Part shown: in pieces, positions 8,812 to 18,765 of the stretch
How the letters are laid out: each line of letters starts with the position of its first letter
Position numbering within the stretch: position 1 is the stretch's first letter
From: an uncultured Chlorobiaceae bacterium
GTDB taxonomy: Bacteria; Bacteroidota; Ignavibacteria; UBA10030; SZUA-254
NCBI GenBank assembly: GCA_964520905.1
Contig: CAZFQL010000001.1
Location: 183,216 to 247,215 of the forward strand
Reading direction: 5' to 3'
Length of the DNA stretch: 64,000 nt
Program-made: the position numbers and the translations under genes
The notes under the pieces: model-generated
Seen by the model: the letters and a program-made list of their open reading frames with translations, nothing else
Told to the model about the DNA's origin: nothing
Database searches by the model: none

Positions 8812-9549
8812 TTAGATTGAAGTGATAACATCTTTCATTGTAAAGATTCCTTTTTTACCTTTGAGCCATTCGGCGGCTATGAGGGCGCCGAGCGCGAATC
8901 CGGTTCTATTCTTAGCGGTGTGAACAAGCTCGACAGTGTCGCCGTCGGAATCGAACAGTACCCTGTGTGTTCCAACAACGCTTCCAACTCTTGTCGAAGT
9001 AACATGAAGCTGTTTGGGTTTTATTTGTTCGCGTGATGTTTCGTGCAAAAATTCTTTCTTCCGCCTGATGTTCTGAAGAATTATCTGCCCCAATGTAAGA
9101 GCTGTACCGCTGGGGCTGTCGGCTTTTCCTTTATGATGTATTTCATGGATTGCAATGTCGTAGCAATCGAATTGATCGAATATGTGCGACGTGGATGAAA
9201 GAACCTGATAAAATATATTCATGCCCAGCGAAAAATTCGGTGAATAGAGAAATCCGATTTTCTTTTCTTTCACAATCTTTTCGATCTCCTTCAATTTATC
9301 ATACCAACCGGTTGTTCCGACTACAATGTTCTTCTTGCAATCCGCAGCAGCCGCTATGTTATGAACCACTGCCGTTGGAGTGGAGAAATCGATGCATACA
9401 TCAACGTCCTTCATAGTTTCCGGAGTTATAGCCATGCCGTTTAGATTATTTTTGATATCTAATGATAACTTGACGTTGATCTTACGTTCTTTAGCAACCC
9501 TTTCAATTTCCTGTCCCATTTTCCCGTAACCGATAATAGCAATATTCAT
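8812..9549 (-). CDS. dapB: 4-hydroxy-tetrahydrodipicolinate reductase
   Basis: 245 aa with the IIGYGKMG Rossmann start; consistent operon context with dapA and dapD. Confidence 0.9.
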   Translation of the reverse strand: MNIAIIGYGKMGQEIERVAKERKINVKLSLDIKNNLNGMAITPETMKDVDVCIDFSTPTAVVHNIAAAADCKKNIVVGTTGWYDKLKEIEKIVKEKKIGFLYSPNFSLGMNIFYQVLSSTSHIFDQFDCYDIAIHEIHHKGKADSPSGTALTLGQIILQNIRRKKEFLHETSREQIKPKQLHVTSTRVGSVVGTHRVLFDSDGDTVELVHTAKNRTGFALGALIAAEWLKGKKGIFTMKDVITSI

Positions 9550-10484
9550 ACTCTTTGCTCCTGACTTAAATATTTATCGAGATTAAATATAGAAAGCTTA
9601 TCGATTTCTTTAGAGCCGGGGAGTTGTGCATTATAAGAGGCAACCCGGTTAGCAAATTCTGTTGATGAGACGACATCTTTTTTCTTTAAATAATAAGCAC
9701 AATAGGCGGCTCCGAAAACGTCGCCGCACCCGGTTGTATCTACCGCTTTTTCGGGTTCTATGCCTTCAAAATCGAATCGCTTCATGTTTTTATGTTCATC
9801 GATGAAAACGGTGCTACCGCGCTCGCCATGCGTAATATGCAACGCTTTTGTATTTAACGCAAGTACATGCTTAGCAAGCGTAAGATCGTTAAATTTTTCT
9901 GTCCCGATGCTTGCCGCTTCGTCATCGTTCATCTGAACACCGTGAAGCATGAAAAACCACCGGCGCCATCTGTCAATCGGACGATAAAACCTTGTAAAGT
10001 CGGGGTTGATTCCACACGCCAGACAATGAACATCCAGATATATCGGGACGAGTTTTTCTCTGACTTCCATCCTTATCTCGTCAAGCGTTTCCAATGTAAT
10101 GTCAAATCCGGAGATCATGTTCACGAGAACCATGTCGGTTTCAAGAAACGGGTGAATCTTCTTCAAAGAGATCGGTTCGGAAATATGCTTTGAGCACTCA
10201 ATCCGTTTCTCTTTCGATGAATACATAAGCGCGACTTGATTGGTTTGACCGCCAAGCCGGAAAATTCCCGATGTATCTACATTCGGATATATTTTCAATC
10301 GTTCGACAAAAGAATCGTATTCTGTTTTTCCGACACCCAATACGGGAAATATGGTATCGCCGGCTCCCAGAAGATTCGCAAGTGCTGCAATAGAAAAAAC
10401 GATTCCGCCGTAGCTATCCGATTCACTTCCATCGGGAAATTTAATGATATCGAGACACAAGTGTCCTATGACGGTTATGGTCAT
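9546..10484 (-). CDS. PfkB-family carbohydrate kinase
   Basis: 312 aa carrying the C-terminal PfkB signature DTTGCGDVFGAAY. Confidence 0.8.
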   Translation of the reverse strand: MTITVIGHLCLDIIKFPDGSESDSYGGIVFSIAALANLLGAGDTIFPVLGVGKTEYDSFVERLKIYPNVDTSGIFRLGGQTNQVALMYSSKEKRIECSKHISEPISLKKIHPFLETDMVLVNMISGFDITLETLDEIRMEVREKLVPIYLDVHCLACGINPDFTRFYRPIDRWRRWFFMLHGVQMNDDEAASIGTEKFNDLTLAKHVLALNTKALHITHGERGSTVFIDEHKNMKRFDFEGIEPEKAVDTTGCGDVFGAAYCAYYLKKKDVVSSTEFANRVASYNAQLPGSKEIDKLSIFNLDKYLSQEQRV

Positions 10485-10485
10485 C

Positions 10486-11238
10486 TTATACTTTCGCTGT
10501 GTAAGGAAAGTTTCCCGCCTCGCACAATCGCCATAACCTCTGACAGGAAAAATTATTATCGTACAGTGCCCTGCCGATAATTACCGAATCAATTCCAAGC
10601 GGTTCAAACTCTTGCAGTTTTAAGAGGTCATCGAGATTTGAAATTCCCCCAGAGACAGTAATTTTCAGGCGAGTTTTTTCAATAAGAAGTTTAATAGCCA
10701 CAAAATTGGGCATGTACACCATCCCGCTTGTTACGATATCGGTATAGATAATTCGTCGGAAACCGATTTGTTGTGCGTCAGCCGCAACAGATAAAGGAGT
10801 TAGCGGAGCGGCATTGAACTCTTCTTTTATGATCTTTGTTAAATATTTTGCATCGATGCCGACAACTACTTTGCTGGGTCCGAATGTATCGAGAGTTTTC
10901 CTGGCTTCATCAGGATTTTCGATCAGCATTCTTCCGATTGTGATTCGATAAATTCCATTATCGAAAGCTTTTTGTGCATCCTCAAATTTTCTAATACCGC
11001 CGCCAAGCTCAATCGGAATATCAACGGTCTTAACCATCCTGCATACAGCCTCGAAATTTACGGGTTTGCCGGCGGCTATTCCATCGCGATCGGTTACATG
11101 GAGTGACTTTGCGTTTTCCTTGCGCCAAAGCCTGGCAATCTCGATAGGATCATCGCTGTAGATAAATTCCCCGGTGCCCCGAATTTTTCTGGCGCACCTT
11201 CCATTTTCGATTTCGATAGATGGGATGATTAAGAGCAT
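10486..11238 (-). CDS. HisA/HisF-family (beta/alpha)8 isomerase-like protein; start trimmed to the internal Met
   Basis: LLIIPSIEIENGRC, LHVTDRDG and GGGIRKFEDA are HisA-like. The 30-aa extension in the track looks spurious. Confidence 0.65.
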   Translation of the reverse strand: MLLIIPSIEIENGRCARKIRGTGEFIYSDDPIEIARLWRKENAKSLHVTDRDGIAAGKPVNFEAVCRMVKTVDIPIELGGGIRKFEDAQKAFDNGIYRITIGRMLIENPDEARKTLDTFGPSKVVVGIDAKYLTKIIKEEFNAAPLTPLSVAADAQQIGFRRIIYTDIVTSGMVYMPNFVAIKLLIEKTRLKITVSGGISNLDDLLKLQEFEPLGIDSVIIGRALYDNNFSCQRLWRLCEAGNFPYTAKV

Positions 11239-11505
11239 AAACTCATGATTTACATGTTTTGGAACAATTCTAAAATGCAGAAAATTTTTCTGAAATTCAA
11301 ACGGTAAACATGAAATAAAATCAGACAAGGTTGAAGCTATGCGATTTAATGCCGGATGCGTAGATTCAGTAGAGATTGTTTAAGGATCGGATTGGCATTG
11401 ATATTCCGGCATTTCGAATTTGAATAAAATTTCCGTATTATTATTCTGGTATAATCAAATAGACAATACAGTCTTACTCAATAAGCTATCAAGCTCATTT
11501 TCGTT

Positions 11506-12285
11506 ATGATTCAAGGATGGAAAATTATTCTGTCGCTTGTGATATCAAGCGCTCTGAACGTTAACCAGATTCTTGCCCAGGGTTCTGCCGGCACCGATGC
11601 GAAGATCGAGCCTCGCTATTTGATTGATCTACCTACGGCCGGCATGATACCACACGGTAATCTCGCGCTTGACATGGATGTTTATCAGGGGGGTGGACTC
11701 CTTGTCGGGACAACTATCGGTTTGTTCGATAGACTTCTAATTGGAATATCGTATGGAGGTGCGAATCTTATCGGAAATGAAAAACCAAAGTGGAATGAAA
11801 CCCCCGGTTTTCAGATACGAGTACGACTGCTTAATGAAACCGTTGTTGTTCCTGCTATTGCGCTTGGCTTCGACTCGCAAGGGAAGGAAATATATAACCC
11901 CCAGCTTGATAGATATATAATTAAATCGTTGGGTTTTTTTGCGGTCGCCAGTAAAAATTATAATGTACTCGGTTATCTAAGTTTTCATGGCGGTATCAAT
12001 TACAGTCTAGAGCGAAGCGATGGCGATAAAGATCCGAATGTATTTGTCGGTGCAGAAAAATCTGTTGGTCCTATCATGTCAATTCTGGGTGAATATAATA
12101 TCGGCTGGAATGACAGTAATGAAAAAGCCCTCGGGCGGGGAAGAGGTTACCTCAACATTGGTATTCGTCTTTCAATAGGGAAGGGTTTTTCGGTCGGCGT
12201 GAATTTGAAAGATGTTCTAAAAAATCAACGGGAGATAACCGTGGGAAACCGCACGATGATTATCGAGTACGTTAAATCGCTCTAA
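11506..12285 (+). CDS. Secreted/outer-membrane hypothetical protein (signal peptide, beta-rich)
   Basis: N-terminal signal peptide ending ...ILAQG, followed by alternating hydrophobic beta-strand-like segments. Confidence 0.5.
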   Translation: MIQGWKIILSLVISSALNVNQILAQGSAGTDAKIEPRYLIDLPTAGMIPHGNLALDMDVYQGGGLLVGTTIGLFDRLLIGISYGGANLIGNEKPKWNETPGFQIRVRLLNETVVVPAIALGFDSQGKEIYNPQLDRYIIKSLGFFAVASKNYNVLGYLSFHGGINYSLERSDGDKDPNVFVGAEKSVGPIMSILGEYNIGWNDSNEKALGRGRGYLNIGIRLSIGKGFSVGVNLKDVLKNQREITVGNRTMIIEYVKSL

Positions 12286-12479
12286 TGTGCTGAAAACTAA
12301 ACGGTTATAAGATTTTCTGTCCACTTCCCAGAACACTATTTCCTCTGCTCCGTATTTTAATTGAAAATCTCTTGTTTTCTTATCAGTATATGAGTAAATT
12401 TAGATTAAAGGTAATTGCGCTCTGGCATCAATGTTGTCTTTAAAATTGTAGTCAATTCTTTTGAAAGTGAAGGTTCACC

Positions 12480-13427
12480 ATGAAAACGAAAATAACTCTT
12501 CTTGCATTGTTAAGCATAATCGGTATTATACTAATTGTGTTTTCCGGATGCTATACACAACTTGGCTCACAATACAATGAGAAAGAAGGGGATGAAGAAT
12601 ATACGGCAACCGACCAGCAAAATGATGATACGTATTTGGAGGAAAGTGAAAGCGATGATTATACTTATAATTCGGAATACAGTGATGATTTCTATCATCC
12701 GCGCGTAGGTTTTTCTTATTACTATCCATCCAGCTATTGGCCCTCCACTGCCTTCAGCATGGCTTACGCAGACCCCTGGTTCTACGATTACGCATGGAGA
12801 TACAACTCATGGTATAATTACTACTCACCGGTTTGGAATCCGTATCAGGGATATTATCCGTATTCATATTATTCACCCTACTACTCAGGTTATTACGGAT
12901 ATTACTATGGCTATCCCGGATCAGGCACAATAAATGGCAAACGCGATGTAGGAGAAATTCGCGCTCAAAGCAACGGAATCCAGACGAGTGGGCGCACCTA
13001 CGAAATTCAGGGTGTACGCGATTACAATTTGCCAACGGGCGCGGCAATAGGAAAATCTTCCAGCGGTACTGCTTCATCGAATAAGAATTCAACTACAGTA
13101 AGAAGTAATTCTCGCCGCACGGGGAATACCCGCGGATATGCGACACGAGAATCCAGAGTATCTACTCGGTCTGCCGATAATGCTACCCGTGCCGCAAGCA
13201 AGCGAAGTAGCTCTCGCCCGGAACGGCGCAGAGATGCTCAGCCGCAATATCGCCCGGCTGAAAGGAGTACTTCTCCGGCGCCAACTTATAGTGCGCCACC
13301 GAGAGAAAATCGCAGCAGTACCCCCAGTTCGTCGGCGCCGTCAGCACAACCGTCATCGCCAAATAACGGATCAAGTCGGTCCGGAAGCGATCGCAGTAGC
13401 GGCGAGTCAAGAGGACGGAAGCCCTAA
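12480..13427 (+). CDS. Putative lipoprotein with an extreme Tyr/Trp-rich low-complexity core and a Ser/Arg-rich disordered tail
   Basis: The signal peptide ends in FSGC (lipobox-like). Then ...YYSPVWNPYQGYYPYSYYSPYYSGYYGYYYGYPGSG..., followed by an SR-rich tail. Confidence 0.55.
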   Translation: MKTKITLLALLSIIGIILIVFSGCYTQLGSQYNEKEGDEEYTATDQQNDDTYLEESESDDYTYNSEYSDDFYHPRVGFSYYYPSSYWPSTAFSMAYADPWFYDYAWRYNSWYNYYSPVWNPYQGYYPYSYYSPYYSGYYGYYYGYPGSGTINGKRDVGEIRAQSNGIQTSGRTYEIQGVRDYNLPTGAAIGKSSSGTASSNKNSTTVRSNSRRTGNTRGYATRESRVSTRSADNATRAASKRSSSRPERRRDAQPQYRPAERSTSPAPTYSAPPRENRSSTPSSSAPSAQPSSPNNGSSRSGSDRSSGESRGRKP

Positions 13428-13451
13428 GTATCATCAAACAATATCAGGTAA

Positions 13452-14786
13452 GTGAATATGAAAAACATCATCAAAGCATTACTATATATAATTGTAGGAA
13501 TAGCAATTTTTTGGAATACAGGTTCAGCGCAAACTGAGGTGGATGCCTACCGTCTCTCTTATTTTGGATTGGGATACGGGGCGAGGTCGCTTGGCTTGGG
13601 CACAGCATACAGCGGAGTAGCAAACGATTTTTCTGCTGTATATTGGAATCCCGCAGGGCTTGGACAAATAAAACAAAACGAATTTTCTCTTGGGCTTTCA
13701 CATATGTCGTTCGATAATACGAGCACATTGTTCGGGACTAAAGAATCGTTTTCAAACAGCGGAACCAAGCTGAACACATTCGGTCTCGTTTATCCGTTTC
13801 CGGTCACAAAGGGCAGCTTGGTGTTTGCCATTGGATACGGAAGAGAAAATGATTATACGGGCGCTTTAGGATTTCGCGGCTTTAATTTTCAGGATAGCGC
13901 CTCAATATATCCCGATACTATTTTCCGATATCCCGATAATATTGACATGGAGGGGAAGATATTAAGGAGCGGCGGTATTAACAACTGGGTTGTAGCCGGC
14001 GCGATAGAGGCGGCGAAAAATTTATTTATAGGTCTATCTATAAATTTCATATCCGGTTCTTATTTCTACAACAGAAATTATGTCGAGACGGATAGCAAAG
14101 ACCTTTATACGTTAGATCAATTTATTCAGAAGTATACTATCGAAGAAGATATCGGCGGTTTTACCGGAAGGCTCGGTATGTTGTATGAATTCAATAATCA
14201 CAACGGGCGTGTCGGGATCAACATCAAATTCCCGACTTACTATACCGTTCGCCGCAACTATGCAATCGATGAAACAGAATATTACGATAAGCCCGACAGC
14301 ATTCTTCTCTATCAATCAAACGGCGCTCCCGAGTATGATCTGACAACGCCATTCGTATTCAATGCAGGTTTATCATACGCATTCGGTGACCTTCTGCTCA
14401 GCGGAGATATTGATTTTACAGATTGGACGCAGATGGAGTTCAGCAATACCACAGACGCAGATCTAATTGATGAGAATACTTACATCAAAGAAGATTTCAA
14501 ATCAACCGTCAACTTCAGGTTTGGAGCGGAATACGCTGTGCCCAGAACCGATCTAAGATTGCGCGCCGGGTTTGTATATCTTCCATCGCCGTATACTTTT
14601 GATTCATCGCCGAACGCACAAAAGTACATAACCGGCGGTCTCGGTTGGGTAATCGATAACGTGCTTAAATTCGATATCGGCTATGCATACGGATTCTGGA
14701 ATACGAATGAAATTGTCGAGTATGCGATGCCTGATGAAAAGATCCATACAGATACCGTTATCGGAACAGTATCGTACATGTTTTAA
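13452..14786 (+). CDS. Outer-membrane beta-barrel of the FadL/TodX/OmpP1 (PorV/PorQ-like) family
   Basis: Signal peptide, then GARSLGLGTAYSGVANDFSAVYWNPAGL, which matches the FadL-family N-terminal consensus (GA..G.G.A...A.D.SAV..NPAGL). Confidence 0.6.
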   Translation: MNMKNIIKALLYIIVGIAIFWNTGSAQTEVDAYRLSYFGLGYGARSLGLGTAYSGVANDFSAVYWNPAGLGQIKQNEFSLGLSHMSFDNTSTLFGTKESFSNSGTKLNTFGLVYPFPVTKGSLVFAIGYGRENDYTGALGFRGFNFQDSASIYPDTIFRYPDNIDMEGKILRSGGINNWVVAGAIEAAKNLFIGLSINFISGSYFYNRNYVETDSKDLYTLDQFIQKYTIEEDIGGFTGRLGMLYEFNNHNGRVGINIKFPTYYTVRRNYAIDETEYYDKPDSILLYQSNGAPEYDLTTPFVFNAGLSYAFGDLLLSGDIDFTDWTQMEFSNTTDADLIDENTYIKEDFKSTVNFRFGAEYAVPRTDLRLRAGFVYLPSPYTFDSSPNAQKYITGGLGWVIDNVLKFDIGYAYGFWNTNEIVEYAMPDEKIHTDTVIGTVSYMF

Positions 14787-14820
14787 TTTATTGAAATAAA
14801 AGCGTTAAAGTTGTATATTA

Positions 14821-14856
14821 TCCCGTCCCGATAATTACCGGGACGGGATTTTTATT
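14821..14856 (+). terminator. Rho-independent terminator
   Basis: Perfect 9-bp stem cccgtcccg/cgggacggg with an 8-nt loop, followed by atttttattt. Confidence 0.7.
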
Positions 14857-14913
14857 TATATAATGTCCTGCGTGAATTAAACATCTTGAAAATACCTCAA
14901 TAATAAGACAACA

Positions 14914-17340
14914 ATGTCGAACCTTGTCAAGATAAGCATCGGTGTAGGGATTACTCTGGCGGTTGTTATGATCGCCGGAATAATTTTTCTCCGGTATCTT
15001 GTGACTAAATCGTATCCGGTGACAAGCGGAACATTGGAATTAAGCGGGTTGCACGGTACGGTGGATATTTATCGCGATAAGTTCGGAGTACCGCATATCT
15101 CAGCCCGCGATGAACACGACCTGATGTACGCAGTCGGTTACGTGCAAGCACAGGATCGCCTGTGGCAGATGGATATGGGGAGACGAATCGGGCAGGGGAG
15201 ACTATCGGAGATTTTAGATACGGCTACGGTTAAGTTCGATAAACTTTTCCGCACGTTGCAGTTTTCAGCGCTTGCCGATTCGCTTGAAAAACATCTTCAT
15301 CCAAACTCGCGTCGGTTGCTCGAAGATTATACCGAAGGTGTGAACGAATTCATCACAACTCATAAGGGTAAATATCCGATCGAATTCGATATGCTGAACT
15401 ATGAGCCGGAACCGTGGACGGTTCAGCACAGTCTTATCATAGGCAGACTGATGGCGTGGGAATTAAACTTCGCATGGTGGGTCGATCTGACTTACGCGGA
15501 GATTGAAAAATTAGTGCCGGAGGAAAAATACAAAGAAATTTTTCTTTCCTATCCGGAAAACATTCAATCCGCAGCACAAAAGCCGCAAACAGGTATATCA
15601 CCCGGTGATATCGGCGGATTTCTTGCGGCGTTCAGAGACTACCGCGAATATTTTCACATGGGATCGTTTTCACCGGGCAGCAACGCCTGGGCAATAAATT
15701 CATCGAAGTCGATGAGCGGCAAACCGATTCTCGCAAATGATCCGCACCTTCTGATATCGCTTCCTGCTAAATGGTACGAGCTTCATCTCACAACTGCGGG
15801 ATGGAATGTTGCCGGCGTTTCAGTCCCCGGCATTCCGCTAGTGCTAATCGGGCAGAACGATTCGCTCGCCTGGGGTTTCACCAATGCTATGCTCGACGAT
15901 GCAGATTTTTATATTGAAGAAGAAGACACACTCAAGCCAAACCATTACCGCTTCAAGAATAATCTATTGCCGATACGGGTTCGCGAAGAAGTCATATACA
16001 TAGGTTCATCGGACAGCATTGAGATTACAGTTCGAACAACCCATCACGGTCCCATCATCAACGATGTGCATCCAATGTCTCAGTGCTCTCATGCAGATTC
16101 AATGCATCAGAAGTCACCCATATCAATGCGATGGACCGGATTCGATATGAGCGATGAGATTTTAGGATTCTATCGCATTAACCGTGCAAGAAATAAAATC
16201 GAGTTCGAGGAGGGACTCAAACAATTAACCGTACCGGGACAATGTGCTGTGTATGCCGATGTCCAGGGAAATATCGGATGGTGGACGACCGGACGAGTAC
16301 CGATCCGGGGGAAACATAACGGCGCCGAGATAATGTCTGGCAAAAACGGAGAAGACGAATGGCAGGGATATTTACCGTTTGAGAAACTGCCGCGCATCTG
16401 GAATCCGCCGGATGGCGTTATCGTTTCGGCGAATAACCAGCTTGCAGATGAATCGTATCCCTATTATCTCTCGACGTTGTGGGAACCATGGTCGCGCTAT
16501 GACCGGATTAAAGAACTGCTTTCGCTTGAAAAAATTTTGACGGAGGATTTTCAGCAATTCCAGCAAGATGTAGTGTCGTACTATTCAAGAGATCTCGCTC
16601 AGGAAATATTGGGAGCTTTCAGTCGTGACAGCATCGTGGAAGCCGATGTAAACACCGCTCTTGTATATTTGCGGAATTGGAACAACCGGTGTACGCCGAC
16701 CGATATTGCGTCGACCATAGTGAATACTTTTTTCGTGAAGTTGATCCATAATACGTATGAAGATGAAATGGGACCCGAGGTGTTCCACGATTTTGTTTAT
16801 TCGCTTTTAGTGCCGTACCGTGTCACACAGCGGCTTCTTCAGAAAGAAAACTCGCCGTGGTTCGATGACATTTGCACCGATACCATAGAAACAAAACAGA
16901 TGTTAATCCGGAAAAGTTTAATAGATGCGGTTCATGAGTTGCGCGATAAACTCGGAGGCGAAACCAAAACCTGGCAGTGGGGAAAAGTTCATCAGGTGAT
17001 ATTCGAGCACCCATTGGGAAGACGCAAGCCGCTTGATAAAGTTTTTAATGTTGGACCGTATCCTATCGGCGGAGGTGAGCAAACGATAAACAAAGGAGCT
17101 TTTAAGCTTAGCGACCCGTTCCAGTTATTCGCCGCGCCTTCGATGAGGCAGATTGTCGATCTTGCCGATCCGAAACACGCTTATAGGATTTTATCGCTCG
17201 GGCAATCGGGTCAGCCGATGTATGAACATTATGACGATCAGGTTTCCTTATGGCTGAACGGCGGTTACCGCCAGACAACTATCGACTGGAAAGAAATCTA
17301 CGAGCAGAACTGGGAACACCTCGTATTGAAACCAAAGTGA
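14914..17340 (+). CDS. Penicillin amidase/acylase family protein (Ntn hydrolase, S45; possible acyl-homoserine-lactone acylase)
   Basis: 808 aa with an N-terminal TM anchor. The SNAWAINSS Ser-nucleophile motif sits at the expected alpha/beta processing site. Confidence 0.85.
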   Translation: MSNLVKISIGVGITLAVVMIAGIIFLRYLVTKSYPVTSGTLELSGLHGTVDIYRDKFGVPHISARDEHDLMYAVGYVQAQDRLWQMDMGRRIGQGRLSEILDTATVKFDKLFRTLQFSALADSLEKHLHPNSRRLLEDYTEGVNEFITTHKGKYPIEFDMLNYEPEPWTVQHSLIIGRLMAWELNFAWWVDLTYAEIEKLVPEEKYKEIFLSYPENIQSAAQKPQTGISPGDIGGFLAAFRDYREYFHMGSFSPGSNAWAINSSKSMSGKPILANDPHLLISLPAKWYELHLTTAGWNVAGVSVPGIPLVLIGQNDSLAWGFTNAMLDDADFYIEEEDTLKPNHYRFKNNLLPIRVREEVIYIGSSDSIEITVRTTHHGPIINDVHPMSQCSHADSMHQKSPISMRWTGFDMSDEILGFYRINRARNKIEFEEGLKQLTVPGQCAVYADVQGNIGWWTTGRVPIRGKHNGAEIMSGKNGEDEWQGYLPFEKLPRIWNPPDGVIVSANNQLADESYPYYLSTLWEPWSRYDRIKELLSLEKILTEDFQQFQQDVVSYYSRDLAQEILGAFSRDSIVEADVNTALVYLRNWNNRCTPTDIASTIVNTFFVKLIHNTYEDEMGPEVFHDFVYSLLVPYRVTQRLLQKENSPWFDDICTDTIETKQMLIRKSLIDAVHELRDKLGGETKTWQWGKVHQVIFEHPLGRRKPLDKVFNVGPYPIGGGEQTINKGAFKLSDPFQLFAAPSMRQIVDLADPKHAYRILSLGQSGQPMYEHYDDQVSLWLNGGYRQTTIDWKEIYEQNWEHLVLKPK

Positions 17341-17416
17341 AATGCGATGTGAGATGTGAATTCCCTTATCATTATACTCATATCGCATTACGCATATCTC
17401 AAATCTGAAATTAAAC

Positions 17417-18151
17417 ATGTTTTCACAACAACTTATATCGAAACTAAAAAAAGCTGACTCGATCGCAGTCTTCACAGGTGCAGGCATCTCAGCCGAAAGC
17501 GGTGTGCCGACATTCAGAGGTGAAGATGGACTCTGGAAAAAATTCCGCCCTGAAGAGCTTGCAAACTTCGATGCCTTCATGCGCAATCCCGATCTCGTGT
17601 GGGAGTGGTACCGATATCGAAAGAAGATCATCGCCGACATAAAACCGAATGCCGGACATTATGCACTGGCGGAAATGGAAAAGCGCCACGAATATTTTGC
17701 TATCATCACTCAGAACATTGATAATTTGCACCGTCGCGCTGGAAGCAAGAACGTTTACGAGCTTCATGGAAACATAGAGCGGAATTACTGCATAGACTGC
17801 CGGAAGAGCTACTCAAACGAAGAGATAATCAAACAAGAAAAAGCTCCCCGATGCAACTGCGGCGGATTGATACGACCGGATGTTGTGTGGTTCGGTGAAT
17901 TTCTTCCTCAGGATCAGTGGGATGCCGGAGAAGCGGCGGCAGATCGTGCTGACATCTTTTTCTCAATAGGAACATCTGCTGTTGTTTATCCTGCCGCATC
18001 GCTTCCGATGATAGCAAAGCGAGCAGGGGCTTACGTGGTGGAGATTAATTTGGAGAGAACAGAGTTGAGCCATCAAGCAGATGAAGTGCTGCTTGGTAAA
18101 TCGGGTGAGATTCTTCCAAAACTTATTGATGCCTGCTATCAAAACAAATAA
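17417..18151 (+). CDS. cobB: NAD-dependent protein deacylase (sirtuin, CobB type)
   Basis: GAGISAESGVPTFRG, QNIDNLH and the Zn ribbon CIDC...CNCGG. Confidence 0.9.
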   Translation: MFSQQLISKLKKADSIAVFTGAGISAESGVPTFRGEDGLWKKFRPEELANFDAFMRNPDLVWEWYRYRKKIIADIKPNAGHYALAEMEKRHEYFAIITQNIDNLHRRAGSKNVYELHGNIERNYCIDCRKSYSNEEIIKQEKAPRCNCGGLIRPDVVWFGEFLPQDQWDAGEAAADRADIFFSIGTSAVVYPAASLPMIAKRAGAYVVEINLERTELSHQADEVLLGKSGEILPKLIDACYQNK

Positions 18152-18633
18152 ACACGGTTAAGATGAATAGAATTTATATATTGGACCGTCTAAAAAGAAG
18201 GATTGTCATTCTGAACGAGCGTAGCGAAGTGAAGAATCTGACATAATTTAGTAGATACGAGATGTTTCTCCCGCTGAAGCGGGATCAACATGACAACATA
18301 ACGAGGTTCTCGGACAGATTGCTTATGGGTGTGAGATAAAAAAACTTTGACTTTTGTTTTGACAAGCTTTATATTCATGCTGAAGTAAATTTTTGAGTTG
18401 ATGACTCGGAGCGGTTGCGGTGAATAAGTTTTCGATTTGGTGATTTTCTATTTATATTGATACACGATAATGGAAATGATATTATATTTCAAACAAAACC
18501 AAATGTCCGACATGAGCGGGATAAACGCCTTCGTTAATACACTACGTTATGGGCAAGGCTAAAAAGACCGCCAAACCTGACAGACAGAACCGTGAATAAC
18601 TTGACAGTAATTTTGACCGTTTCATAGACACAA

Positions 18634-18745
18634 TTAAGGGCAGTTCTAAAAATTCAAAAACGTTTTGCGAACTCTGCGAATTCTTTGCGTTCTCTGCGTT
18701 TATATTTTTAAATAACATATATTTAGGACTGCCCTTAATTAAATT
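18634..18745. promoter_or_regulatory. Inverted repeat aattaagggcagt/actgcccttaatt bracketing four tandem TGCG(W)(W)(Y)TC repeats, just upstream of the methyltransferase start
   Basis: aattaagggcagt at 18633-18645 and its complement at 18728-18740. tgcgaactc, tgcgaattc, tgcgttctc and tgcgttt recur at a 9-10 bp period. TAAATTTG (18741-18748) resembles a Bacteroidota-type -7 promoter box. Confidence 0.35.
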
Positions 18746-18765
18746 TGCAAGGAAACTTTAGGACA

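Noticed and set aside
10566-10578. The 13-mer ccgataattaccg shared with the terminator at 14827-14839
   Set aside because: Tens of chance 13-mer pairs are expected in 64 kb. The 10566 copy lies inside a coding region with no surrounding dyad symmetry.
17417-18151. Whether the Sir2-domain protein next to the R-M islet is an anti-phage defence component (Thoeris ThsA or DSR-like)
   Set aside because: It has the full CobB-type sirtuin signature (GAGIS.ESG.PTFRG, QNIDNLH, CxxC...CxxC Zn ribbon). It is 244 aa with no SLOG or TM fusion, so housekeeping deacylase is the better reading.
18190-18378. 62-aa minus-strand ORF and tiny peptide ORFs in the 18152-18745 non-coding stretch
   Set aside because: No RBS, low-complexity translation, and the region reads as a degenerate intergenic or remnant sequence. 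A small RNA cannot be excluded, but I see no support for a protein.
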